Source: a virus (lineage: Duplodnaviria; Caudoviricetes). From it: 28,629 nucleotides of DNA. This document shows positions 15,810-24,403 of this stretch, one piece after another. Position 1 is the stretch's first letter; each line of letters begins with the position of its first letter. The stretch covers positions 1-28,629 of the IMG/VR virus record IMGVR_UViG_3300051213_000082, one strand, 5' to 3'. The notes under the pieces were generated by a model. It was not told the origin of the DNA. It did not search any database and saw only the letters and a list, made by a program, of their open reading frames with translations. The position numbers were made by a program, and so were the translations under genes.

Positions 15810-17620
15810 CAATTAAATTCTCAGATATTACTGGTGGAGGAATCCCATTTGGTAATAATGCTGGTCGTCCAGCTAATCCAGGAATTGGAAAACTTTACTC
15901 AAATGGTGAAGAAAAAAGACTAGAGCTTTATACATCAAGCGGATGGCAGAATATTGTTTCAGAAACACCTGGAGTAGTATCAGTATCTGGTAATTATCTT
16001 GAATCAGTAGGTTCAGCTACCCTAGAAATAACAGGTACAAATTTCACAACAGGAGCAATAGCCTCGGCAATTGGAACAAATGGTGTAGAAGTAAACGCAA
16101 GTTCAACTACCGTAAACTCTATAGTTTCGGTTAGTGCTTCTTTTACTGGCTTATCATCTCAATATGAGCCTTACGATATAAAGGTTACCAATACATCTAA
16201 TTTATTTGGATTGCTTCCAGATGCTCTTTATATAAACAACATTCTTAATTGGCAGACAGCTGCAGGCTCCCTTGGCTCATTTGGAGAAGAGGTCTCTATC
16301 TCTTTATCTGCAGTAGCTATAGATGACTCAACTTTGACTTATTCTTTAGCCAATGGATCTTCATTACCTTCTGGAATTACACTAAACTCTTCAACAGGTT
16401 TAATATCTGGAACTCTTCCTAATATTACATCAGATACAACTTATACCTTTACAATAAATGCATCAGATGGACTTAATCCAGTAGTACCAAGAACATTTAG
16501 CTTTACCTCTAATGTAGCTCCTACATGGGTTACCGCCATAGGATCACTAGGAGAGTTTTCTGCTCAAAGTAATTTGAATATTCAACTCTCAGCTACAGAC
16601 CCTTCAAATAGTATAGTTTATGCACTTGTAAGTGGTTCATTACCATCTGGGGTGACATTAAGCTCTACTGGTTTAATATCAGGAGTTCTTCCAACAATTT
16701 CTACTCCGACAACATATAATTTTGTTGTAAGTATATCTGATGGAATAAACCCAGCAATATCAAGATCTTTTAGCTTAATATCAAATCCTATAGCTTCATC
16801 TGTAGAGATGCTCGTAGTTGCAGGTGGTGGTGGAGGAGGTTGTGACCGTGCAGGCGGTGGAGGAGCAGGAGGATTAATTTATAACTCAGCATTTTCTTTA
16901 TCTTCTAATCAGGCTCTAGTTACTGTTGGTCTAGGTGGAGCTGGCTCTACAGATGACACAATTAAAGGTACTAATGGACAAGATTCAGTTTTTGCCACAC
17001 AGATAGCAGTCGGCGGCGGCGGTGGTGGATCCGAAAATAGCAAGAGTGGATCATCTGGTGGTTCAGGCGGCGGTGCATCTTATGGTCCAGGATCTCCTGG
17101 AGGCTCAGGAACATCTGGACAAGGATATCGTGGAGGAAATGGCAAAGAAAGCGGTGGAAGAGCACCTGGCGGCGGCGGCGGTGCTGGAGCAGCTGGAACA
17201 GATGGAGCAGACAATACAAGAATTAATGGTGGAAATGGTTTAGCATACTCAATTACTGGAACATCAACATACTATGCAGGCGGCGGCGGTGCTGGAGATA
17301 ACAGAGATGGAGCAGGAACCGCAATAGGTGGCTTTGGAGGTCTTGGTGGCGGAGGCAATGGTGGACAAAATTACAATGCTAGCGGCGCTGAAACAAATGG
17401 CTCTCCAGGAACCGACGGTCTTGGTGGCGGCGGAGGTGGTGGATCTACGTCAAATACAGGTATAGGTGCAAAGGGTGGTTCTGGTACAGTAATTATTGCA
17501 TATCCAAATACATATGCTGCGATATCAAATATTCCAAGCACATTAACTTATGATCAACCATCTCGTGCAGGATATCGTGTATATCGATTTACAGCGGGAA
17601 CTGGAACAATTACCTTCTAG
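15806..17620 (+). CDS. Ig-like stalk (IPT plus two putative-Ig domains) with a glycine-rich tip; paralog of 11931..13520
   Basis: ATGA-coupled start at 15806. Near-identical NGEEKRLELYT..GWQNIVSETPGVVSVSGNY, and the same C-terminus YRVYRFTAGTGTITF. Confidence 0.8.
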   Translation: MTIKFSDITGGGIPFGNNAGRPANPGIGKLYSNGEEKRLELYTSSGWQNIVSETPGVVSVSGNYLESVGSATLEITGTNFTTGAIASAIGTNGVEVNASSTTVNSIVSVSASFTGLSSQYEPYDIKVTNTSNLFGLLPDALYINNILNWQTAAGSLGSFGEEVSISLSAVAIDDSTLTYSLANGSSLPSGITLNSSTGLISGTLPNITSDTTYTFTINASDGLNPVVPRTFSFTSNVAPTWVTAIGSLGEFSAQSNLNIQLSATDPSNSIVYALVSGSLPSGVTLSSTGLISGVLPTISTPTTYNFVVSISDGINPAISRSFSLISNPIASSVEMLVVAGGGGGGCDRAGGGGAGGLIYNSAFSLSSNQALVTVGLGGAGSTDDTIKGTNGQDSVFATQIAVGGGGGGSENSKSGSSGGSGGGASYGPGSPGGSGTSGQGYRGGNGKESGGRAPGGGGGAGAAGTDGADNTRINGGNGLAYSITGTSTYYAGGGGAGDNRDGAGTAIGGFGGLGGGGNGGQNYNASGAETNGSPGTDGLGGGGGGGSTSNTGIGAKGGSGTVIIAYPNTYAAISNIPSTLTYDQPSRAGYRVYRFTAGTGTITF

Positions 17621-17646
17621 CCTTTAGCACTTATAATTGGTATACT
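17618..17646 (+). promoter_or_regulatory. Putative promoter TAGCCT-N17-TATACT with extended -10 (TG)
   Basis: TAGCCTTTAGCACTTATAATTGGTATACT, closely similar to 19995-20023. Confidence 0.55.
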
Positions 17647-17662
17647 CTATTTAGGAGAATAA

Positions 17663-19969
17663 ATGGCATACAGAGAATCAATAATTTCTGAGTCCCCCAT
17701 TTCTTTCTGGCCCCTAGATGACGACTCGTCTCTTGGCGTGATCAAGGAAGCAACTGGCAAAGGGACTGATGGTTCATATGCTGGCTCAATTTTTGACAAA
17801 TCAATACCGCTTGTTGCAAATGGCAAGTATGGAACAAGACTTTTAAATAGCACATCAAGATTACACTTCCCATTGCCTGGTGCATCTGGGAGCGGTACTA
17901 CATGGGAAAACTCCCATATCTGGTCTAAGGGTAAAGAGAAGCAATCATTCTCAGTAGAGCTTTATATCAAGGCAAATAACTCAGATACAACAATAGACTC
18001 AGAAGTTGTAGTCTTTGGAAAGACTTCACCTTCAATATACGGAGTCTACCTACTTGGAAATAAGATTTACTTTAAGCCAGACCCAAACTCTGATTACAAG
18101 GTTTCATATCAGGTGCCTGACTGGAATCGTAGATTCCATATTGTGGCTTCATACACATCATCTGAAATTAGATTAATTATCAATGGCACAGATGTTGTGT
18201 CAAAAAAATACGAGGGAACATTTCAGTTCTCTGATAACCCTGGCCATATGACTTCATATGGCTCAGCATATCTTTATACAGTAGATGCAGTAGCAATTTA
18301 TAAGTATGCAATGGGTCAAGTAAATGCTGTAGACCACACATATCTATCTAGAAAGACTTTAACTAAGAATACATATTACAGCAAGAACTCGCAGGTATAT
18401 TACCTGCCAAATAACGACGAGTGCTTGATTGCATCAAAGTTTTATAATAACTGGACTGATTTCACGCTAAATAATATTGTTCTGAATTCTAGCGGTCAGC
18501 CAACTTTGAGATACATTAATGACCAAGAGGTTTCTGGTTCTGGATCAATTACATTTTCAACTGTTTCTTCCAGAAGTTCTGCCACATTAGGGGCTAGCCA
18601 GTATTTAGATATTTCTAGCATTACTAGTTTGTCTGGCAGAGGCACAGCAATATCTGTCAGCTTCTATTACAACTCAGCATCTGCATACGGAGCAATTTTA
18701 TCCGCAGAAGATATTAATGGTGCCCGTGGACTTACTTGCTATACAGATGCATCAAAGCTTTATATAACTGCATACGGCTCAACAACAGAAGTAACTGGGT
18801 TGGCGACGGGGTGGCACGAAATCCTTGTAGATAATAATAGTTCTGGAACATCTGTGTATTTGGACGGGGTGCTAAAGCATAACTCCATAACATCAATGAG
18901 AATTATAGATAGATGCTATATTGGTCAAGCAGTAGGATTATTTACAACATCCCCAATTTCTTGGGTAGCAGTTAAAGCAAATACTTCAGATGTAGAATTA
19001 ACTGATTATACATTGTATGGAGAATTAACAGATTTTACATTAAAGTTAAATGGTAACCTTAAGTGGTCTCAAAAGGGTAGCGCAGAAGGCCTTATATACG
19101 TTCCAGAGGTCGATTACCATGGATCCCTAGCATTCTATACAGCAAGCTCTGAAAACGTCTCTGTGACCTACAATGGCGGTTTAACATGGCCTAAAGAATC
19201 AACCATGCCAACACTTCTCGACAATGATTCAAATCAGGTAAACATTTACAATGTTAAAGTAGATATTCAAACATCTGATTCTAAAGAAGATCTTCCTATA
19301 TTATTTGAATTGGGTCTTTACACATACACCCAAGGATTAAAGCGGGTAATTGCAGAGAACTCAAATGAACAAGCAACTATTGTTAATATTGATGATGCAG
19401 TCATATACGATAATAATCTAGAGATGTTAGATAGACTAGATAGATGTGGAATTAGATTAGCAGGTAGTTCATATCTGACAATCCCGTCACAATCTAAGAA
19501 TACAGATCAAAACGAGGTTGGCGGAACCAAATCAATCTCCATAATCTTTAAATTAAACGAAGCCCTGACTGGAACCAAGTACATCTTGAAGAGCGGAACA
19601 AAGGCGCTGTACTGGGATGGAACTGCTTGGCAATATCCAGGCTTCAATAATATTTATATCAATGGCCAATCTGGGGTCAATGCTACTGCTATGACAGATG
19701 ACTGGGTTCACGTAATTCTTACATCTACATCCAAGATCGATGCGGGTACAGCAATTTATGTGGGGGCGGATAATACAGGAGCCAACCAAACCGATATTAC
19801 CCTTGGAGCTTTTGCAATGGCAGCATATACATTAGACGCATTTGATGCTGAGACAGAGTATGAGACATTTGTAGGATACCCAGAGCAAACAGTTGCTACT
19901 GAAAACTTTACCCTTCAAGTATTCGATTATGGCCTACAGGCTTACAATTATTCGGTCAATAGAGCATAA
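17663..19969 (+). CDS. LamG/concanavalin A-like lectin-domain structural protein
   Basis: 768 aa with AGGAG RBS. Motifs SPISFWPLDD, FSVELYIK, RFHIVASY...RLIING, GWHEILV...VYLDG and DWVHVILT indicate several jelly-roll modules. Confidence 0.7.
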   Translation: MAYRESIISESPISFWPLDDDSSLGVIKEATGKGTDGSYAGSIFDKSIPLVANGKYGTRLLNSTSRLHFPLPGASGSGTTWENSHIWSKGKEKQSFSVELYIKANNSDTTIDSEVVVFGKTSPSIYGVYLLGNKIYFKPDPNSDYKVSYQVPDWNRRFHIVASYTSSEIRLIINGTDVVSKKYEGTFQFSDNPGHMTSYGSAYLYTVDAVAIYKYAMGQVNAVDHTYLSRKTLTKNTYYSKNSQVYYLPNNDECLIASKFYNNWTDFTLNNIVLNSSGQPTLRYINDQEVSGSGSITFSTVSSRSSATLGASQYLDISSITSLSGRGTAISVSFYYNSASAYGAILSAEDINGARGLTCYTDASKLYITAYGSTTEVTGLATGWHEILVDNNSSGTSVYLDGVLKHNSITSMRIIDRCYIGQAVGLFTTSPISWVAVKANTSDVELTDYTLYGELTDFTLKLNGNLKWSQKGSAEGLIYVPEVDYHGSLAFYTASSENVSVTYNGGLTWPKESTMPTLLDNDSNQVNIYNVKVDIQTSDSKEDLPILFELGLYTYTQGLKRVIAENSNEQATIVNIDDAVIYDNNLEMLDRLDRCGIRLAGSSYLTIPSQSKNTDQNEVGGTKSISIIFKLNEALTGTKYILKSGTKALYWDGTAWQYPGFNNIYINGQSGVNATAMTDDWVHVILTSTSKIDAGTAIYVGADNTGANQTDITLGAFAMAAYTLDAFDAETEYETFVGYPEQTVATENFTLQVFDYGLQAYNYSVNRA

Positions 19970-19971
19970 TT

Positions 19972-20023
19972 TTGCCTCATTGTAGTACAAACTATAGACT
20001 TTAGCAATAAAAGATGGTATCAT
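19972..20023 (+). promoter_or_regulatory. Tandem putative promoters for the head operon
   Basis: TTGCCT(19972)-N17-TAGACT(19995), then TAGACT-N17-TATCAT(20018) with a TG extension. The second -10 ends 6 nt before ATG 20030. Confidence 0.55.
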
Positions 20024-20029
20024 TAACAT

Positions 20030-20359
20030 ATGAAATCAATTAAAACCACGGTTGTCGAGGAAACTACTCTCGGCGTATATATATGGCAGATGCCAGACGG
20101 ACGCTGGGTAGGAGACGATAATGGTAATTATTTGTCTGTAGCAGCATTTAAAAATGATCAGACAAGAATTGATGCAATCACTGAAGCTGTGAGAGGCTAT
20201 GGTATTCAGACAGGTAAGGCAGTATTTTTATCTGGTCAGAGAAAGATTAATGATGAGGAATACGAAGAGCAGCAACAGCGCTTAAAGTGGGGATTAACAC
20301 CAGATCCGCTAGACATTGGTGAATATAAAGATAGCTTAAAGAATTTGAGGAACGACTAA
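20030..20359 (+). CDS. Hypothetical protein translationally coupled to the portal gene
   Basis: 109 aa ORF with a TAATG overlap with the portal start. Confidence 0.7.
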   Translation: MKSIKTTVVEETTLGVYIWQMPDGRWVGDDNGNYLSVAAFKNDQTRIDAITEAVRGYGIQTGKAVFLSGQRKINDEEYEEQQQRLKWGLTPDPLDIGEYKDSLKNLRND

Positions 20360-21930
20360 TGTCAGACGTAGTAGAAGACGATTCAAGAGAAGTCAATGCA
20401 GTAATATCTGGAGACTTCTTTACAGAGAGACCAGCAGATGAGTCAGATCCGTTTTATGTAAAGGCGGATGAGATTGCAAAGTATCGTGGATTCTCTCCAA
20501 ACTTCAAGAGAAAGAACACAAGACTTCTACAAAAGTTCCAGCAAGGTGCAGATGGAGCAGCTCGATCAAAGAAGTTCGAAGAAGAAATTCTTATGGGCTA
20601 CGACGTCCTCGACGTAATTACCCCACCATACAACCTAGATTATTTAGCACAGATTTATGAAGTATCATCACCACACTTTGCAGCATGTAATGCAAAGGCT
20701 GCAAACATTGTTGGCCTTGGTTATGACTTTACACACACTCGTGCAACAAAAGAAAAGATTTCAGATCTTTCTGATACACCAGAAAGCCTACAGCGATTCC
20801 GTGCCAAGTTGGAGCGGATGAGAGAAGACATGTTCGACCTCCTTGAGTCAATGAACCAAGAAGATACATTTACAGAAACATTAACAAAAGTATACCTCGA
20901 TTTTGAAGCGACTGGTAATGGTTATATCGAAGTTGGTCGTAAGGTAAATGGAGAGATTGGATTTGTTGGACATGTTCCATCTAAGTCAATGCGTGTTCGC
21001 AAGCAGCGTGATGGGTTTGTTCAAATCATTGGAAATAAGGTTGTTTTCTTCCGTAATTTCCAGGATGACAAAACAGTAAATCCTATCGGTGATGATGAGC
21101 GTCCAAACGAGATTATTCACATTAAGAAGTACACACCAACAAATGGATATTATGGTGTGCCAGATATTATTCCAGCAAAGACTGCATTAGCAGGAGATGA
21201 ATTTGCACAACGCTTTAACCTAGATTATTTTGAGAACAAGGCTGTTCCAAGATATATCATCACAGTAAAGGGTGCAACCCTTAGCCGTGAAGCAGAGCGT
21301 AAGTTGCTTGAGTTCTTCCAGACAAACCTAAAAGGCAAGAACCACAGATCTATTTATATTCCTCTTCCAGCAGATGACGACGGAAATAAAGTTGAGTTTA
21401 AGATGGAAGCTGTTGAGGCGGACGTACAAGACTCATCATTTAACAAATATCGTCAACAGAACAGAGATGAAATTTTAATTGCACATAGAACACCAATTTC
21501 TAAGTTGGGTCTGCCAGAGGGAATCTCCCTTGCAGCAGCTAAAGATGCAGATAAGACATTTAAAGAGCAGGTTGCTAGACCAGCTCAGAGAAATCTAGAA
21601 AAGAAACTTAACCGTTTGATTGCTGAATTCACAGACGCTTTTGTTTTGAAGTTTAACGAACTTACACTCACAGACGAGGATACACAGTCCAAGATTGATG
21701 AGCGTTACCTACGAATGAAGACCATTGTGCCTAATGAAGTTCGTGCAAGACTGGGTATGCCAGGCCTGCCAGGAGGAGATTCGCCCGTACAGTTAACAGG
21801 ACAGCAAGCTGCTGACCAAACTGCAAGAGGAACAGGAAATCGCAGAAGAGATCAAGAAAGAACTGCTGAAGCTACTGATTCCAATGGAGCGGCAAGAAAT
21901 CCTCAAGGTGAGGGTCGAGTTACGCCCTGA
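20359..21930 (+). CDS. Phage portal protein
   Basis: 523 aa. DFEATGNGYIEV, NEIIHIKKYTPTNGYYGVP, YFENKAVP and IVPNEVRARLGMPGLPGGD are HK97/PBSX-type portal motifs. It lies before the protease and capsid genes. Confidence 0.92.
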   Translation: MSDVVEDDSREVNAVISGDFFTERPADESDPFYVKADEIAKYRGFSPNFKRKNTRLLQKFQQGADGAARSKKFEEEILMGYDVLDVITPPYNLDYLAQIYEVSSPHFAACNAKAANIVGLGYDFTHTRATKEKISDLSDTPESLQRFRAKLERMREDMFDLLESMNQEDTFTETLTKVYLDFEATGNGYIEVGRKVNGEIGFVGHVPSKSMRVRKQRDGFVQIIGNKVVFFRNFQDDKTVNPIGDDERPNEIIHIKKYTPTNGYYGVPDIIPAKTALAGDEFAQRFNLDYFENKAVPRYIITVKGATLSREAERKLLEFFQTNLKGKNHRSIYIPLPADDDGNKVEFKMEAVEADVQDSSFNKYRQQNRDEILIAHRTPISKLGLPEGISLAAAKDADKTFKEQVARPAQRNLEKKLNRLIAEFTDAFVLKFNELTLTDEDTQSKIDERYLRMKTIVPNEVRARLGMPGLPGGDSPVQLTGQQAADQTARGTGNRRRDQERTAEATDSNGAARNPQGEGRVTP

Positions 21931-21932
21931 TT

Positions 21933-21961
21933 TTGCATTACTAACAAATAGTTGATAAAAT
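21933..21961 (+). promoter_or_regulatory. Putative promoter TTGCAT-N17-TAAAAT (extended -10)
   Basis: Exact 17-nt spacing with TGn before the -10, in the gap between portal and protease. Confidence 0.55.
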
Positions 21962-21971
21962 TAGTGTTGCT

Positions 21972-23282
21972 ATGGAGATAAAAAAGGCAAACTGGTATTC
22001 TGATGGAGACAGCCTCCGTCTTTCAATGCCTATCGCAAAAGTCGATAAGGAAAAGCGCATCGTATCAGGATTTGCGACCCTAGACAATATCGATCAACAC
22101 GGAGACATCGTTTCCGCAGATGCTTCTGCTTCTGCGTTTGAGCGCTTCCGTGGAAATATTCGTGAGATGCACCAACCGCTTGCAGTAGGCAAGATGGTTT
22201 CATTCCGCAAGGAAAAGTTATTTGATAAGGCAACTGGAAAAGAGTACAGCGGAGTTTTTGTTAACGCATACGTTTCAAAGGGTGCACAAGATACATGGGA
22301 GAAAGTTCTTGATGGAACTCTTTCAGGATTTTCAATCGGCGGGAATATTACAAAGACAATCGACGAGTACAACTCAGCACTAGATAAGTCAATTCGTGTT
22401 ATTAAAGAATACGACCTAACAGAACTTTCATTGGTAGATAATCCAGCAAACCAACTTTCAAATATTGTTTCTATTCAAAAGACCGCTGATGGGACAGTGC
22501 TCAAGGGAATTGCAACAGAAACACAAGTTGAAAATGTTTTCTATGATAAGGAAACAGATGAAGTTTATCTATCAACAGAATCAGAATTTACATCACCAAC
22601 CACAAACGTTAACTTAGAGTTAATTGGTTGGGTAGAAACAGCAGACACCAATAAGTCTGTCGAAATCAAGAGAATCCTTGACTCATACAAGCAGTCTAAG
22701 GTACAACCTGATCTTGCAAAGCAGGTTGAAGAAAATCAAGACACAGAAGGAGGTGTTACTGTGGCAGAAGATACAACAATTACCGTTGAAGAGACTCCAG
22801 CTGAGCAAGTTGCTCTAGTTGAGGAAGTCACAGAAACGGACCTCGCTAAGTCTGCTGATGCGGAAGCACCAGCAACCGAAGAGGCACCACAGGCAGATGC
22901 TGAAACAGCACCTGCAGCCGTTGAAGAAGAAGCCGCTGACATTTCCGAAGTCGAAGTTGAAGAAACTGACTTTGCAAAAATGTTTGATGAAATGAAAAGC
23001 TTTATCTCAACAGAAATTAGTAAGACTGCAACAGCTGAGGCTGTTTCAGGACTAGCAGCACAGGTTGATCAGAAAATTGCTGAAGTAACCAACAAATATA
23101 ATGAACTCGCAGAGGTTGTTAACAATATTAAGGCAACTATCTCAGGCGTCGAAAAGAGGGTCGACGGAGTAGAGAAGGATACTGCGATTCGCAAGTCTTC
23201 TGATCTGGACGGGTCAGATGTAACAATACAAAAAACAAACAGCAAGTGGGGCGGGCATTTCCTCAGCGTCCGCAACATTTAA
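21972..23282 (+). CDS. HK97-family prohead protease with an acidic/coiled-coil scaffold C-terminus
   Basis: 436 aa. VSGFATLDNIDQHGDIV, IREMHQ (His), LSGFSIGG (Ser) and ELSLVDNPAN, followed by a Glu/Ala-rich linker and heptad repeats. Confidence 0.88.
   Translation: MEIKKANWYSDGDSLRLSMPIAKVDKEKRIVSGFATLDNIDQHGDIVSADASASAFERFRGNIREMHQPLAVGKMVSFRKEKLFDKATGKEYSGVFVNAYVSKGAQDTWEKVLDGTLSGFSIGGNITKTIDEYNSALDKSIRVIKEYDLTELSLVDNPANQLSNIVSIQKTADGTVLKGIATETQVENVFYDKETDEVYLSTESEFTSPTTNVNLELIGWVETADTNKSVEIKRILDSYKQSKVQPDLAKQVEENQDTEGGVTVAEDTTITVEETPAEQVALVEEVTETDLAKSADAEAPATEEAPQADAETAPAAVEEEAADISEVEVEETDFAKMFDEMKSFISTEISKTATAEAVSGLAAQVDQKIAEVTNKYNELAEVVNNIKATISGVEKRVDGVEKDTAIRKSSDLDGSDVTIQKTNSKWGGHFLSVRNI
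22761..23282 (+). CDS. Putative nested scaffolding protein (internal in-frame start)
   Basis: AAGGAGGTG (22747-22755) lies 5 nt before an in-frame GTG at 22761. The product would be 173 aa, acidic and helical. Confidence 0.6.
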   Translation: MAEDTTITVEETPAEQVALVEEVTETDLAKSADAEAPATEEAPQADAETAPAAVEEEAADISEVEVEETDFAKMFDEMKSFISTEISKTATAEAVSGLAAQVDQKIAEVTNKYNELAEVVNNIKATISGVEKRVDGVEKDTAIRKSSDLDGSDVTIQKTNSKWGGHFLSVRNI

Positions 23283-23314
23283 TTTATAAAAACAACGGAG
23301 GTGAAAATAAATAA

Positions 23315-24301
23315 ATGAGCGATATTCTACAAAAAGTAGTTGATACTACAAACGTTGGATCAGGAAATGGTGGTCTTCTAAACACAGACCAGGCTAACCG
23401 ATTCATCGATTACATGTTCGATGCTACAATTCTTGCCCGTGCAGCTCGTACAGTTCGCATGCGTTCTAACACAGCAGACATTGACAAGGTTGGAGTTGGT
23501 ACTAGACTAATGACAGTAGCTACTGAAGCAACCCAAACAGGTGCTAATGCAGCAGTTACATTCTCCAAGATTTCTCTTACCACTAAGAAGCTACGTCTTG
23601 ATTGGGAACTTTCAAGCGAAGCTCTTGAAGATAACATCGAGGGTGCTGATCTTGAGGATCACATTGCTCGCCTAATGGCAACTCAGGCAGGTAACGACAT
23701 CGAAGATCTTTTGATCAATGGTGTTGGTACAGGTTCTGGTTTGATGTCAGCGTTTAAGGGATTCCGTGCACTTGCACTTGAGTCAGCAAACGTTGTAAAC
23801 GCAGGCGGTGCAGTAATCTCTAAGGCAGTATTCAACAGCGCAATCAAGGCTATGCCACGTAAGTACAAGCAACGCCGTAACGAACTTAAGTTCTTTACAG
23901 GTTCAAACCTAGTGCAGGATTATCTATACAACTTGACAACAATTGGTTCAGGTGGAACTCCAGAAGACATTGCATCTTCAATTCTTCGTGGAAATCCAAA
24001 CGGACCAGCTGGTGCTCCAGGTGGTGTAATTCCATTCGCATTCGGTATTCCAGTAGTTGAAGTACCTTTGATCGATGAGACAAAGGACGGAGATTACTCA
24101 GGTGCTACAGGCGACCACGGAGATATCCATCTTACATTCGCTAACAACCTAGTTGTTGGTGTTAAGCGTGAGATTCAGGTATACCGTGAATTCAAGCCAA
24201 AGAAGGATACAATCGAGTACACAATGTTCGTAAGAACAGGATGTGCAATCGAAAATCCTGAAGCTTTTGTTGTGGTTAAGAACGTAAAGGTTTCAGCCTA
24301 A
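23315..24301 (+). CDS. Major capsid protein (HK97 fold)
   Basis: 328 aa with GGAGGTG RBS. Motifs GGLLNTDQANRFID, KLRLDWELSSEALEDNIEG, DIEDLLING and FGIPVVEVP. Follows the protease/scaffold gene and precedes a terminator. Confidence 0.9.
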   Translation: MSDILQKVVDTTNVGSGNGGLLNTDQANRFIDYMFDATILARAARTVRMRSNTADIDKVGVGTRLMTVATEATQTGANAAVTFSKISLTTKKLRLDWELSSEALEDNIEGADLEDHIARLMATQAGNDIEDLLINGVGTGSGLMSAFKGFRALALESANVVNAGGAVISKAVFNSAIKAMPRKYKQRRNELKFFTGSNLVQDYLYNLTTIGSGGTPEDIASSILRGNPNGPAGAPGGVIPFAFGIPVVEVPLIDETKDGDYSGATGDHGDIHLTFANNLVVGVKREIQVYREFKPKKDTIEYTMFVRTGCAIENPEAFVVVKNVKVSA

Positions 24302-24322
24302 CAAATTTAACAACTAAATAGT

Positions 24323-24357
24323 CTGAAGGGGAACTCCTAAAAAGGGTTCCCCTTTAG
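24323..24357 (+). terminator. Intrinsic terminator after the major capsid gene
   Basis: AAGGGGAACTC-ctaaaaa-GGGTTCCCCTT hairpin. Confidence 0.75.
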
Positions 24358-24366
24358 TCATATGGG

Positions 24367-24375
24367 TGCTATAAT
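24367..24375 (+). promoter_or_regulatory. Extended -10 promoter TGCTATAAT
   Basis: Perfect TGnTATAAT immediately after the terminator. Confidence 0.65.
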
Positions 24376-24403
24376 TAGAAGGAAAAGACTGAGAGGAGAA
24401 TAA

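Noticed and set aside
1340-17480. GGC/GGT/GGA triplet runs as CRISPR-like or phase-variable repeats
   Set aside because: They are in-frame poly-Gly codons with mixed third positions, with no constant repeat-spacer periodicity.
932-17620. Diversity-generating retroelement acting on the paralogous tip genes (an Mtd-like N-terminal domain is present at 3984)
   Set aside because: There is no reverse transcriptase in the window. Differences between paralogs are not adenine-specific and include indels, and I found no non-coding template repeat.
19980-19990. Short palindrome TTGTA-G-TACAA in the head-operon promoter spacer
   Set aside because: Arms are only 5 bp in AT-rich DNA and I saw no second copy, so chance is a sufficient explanation.
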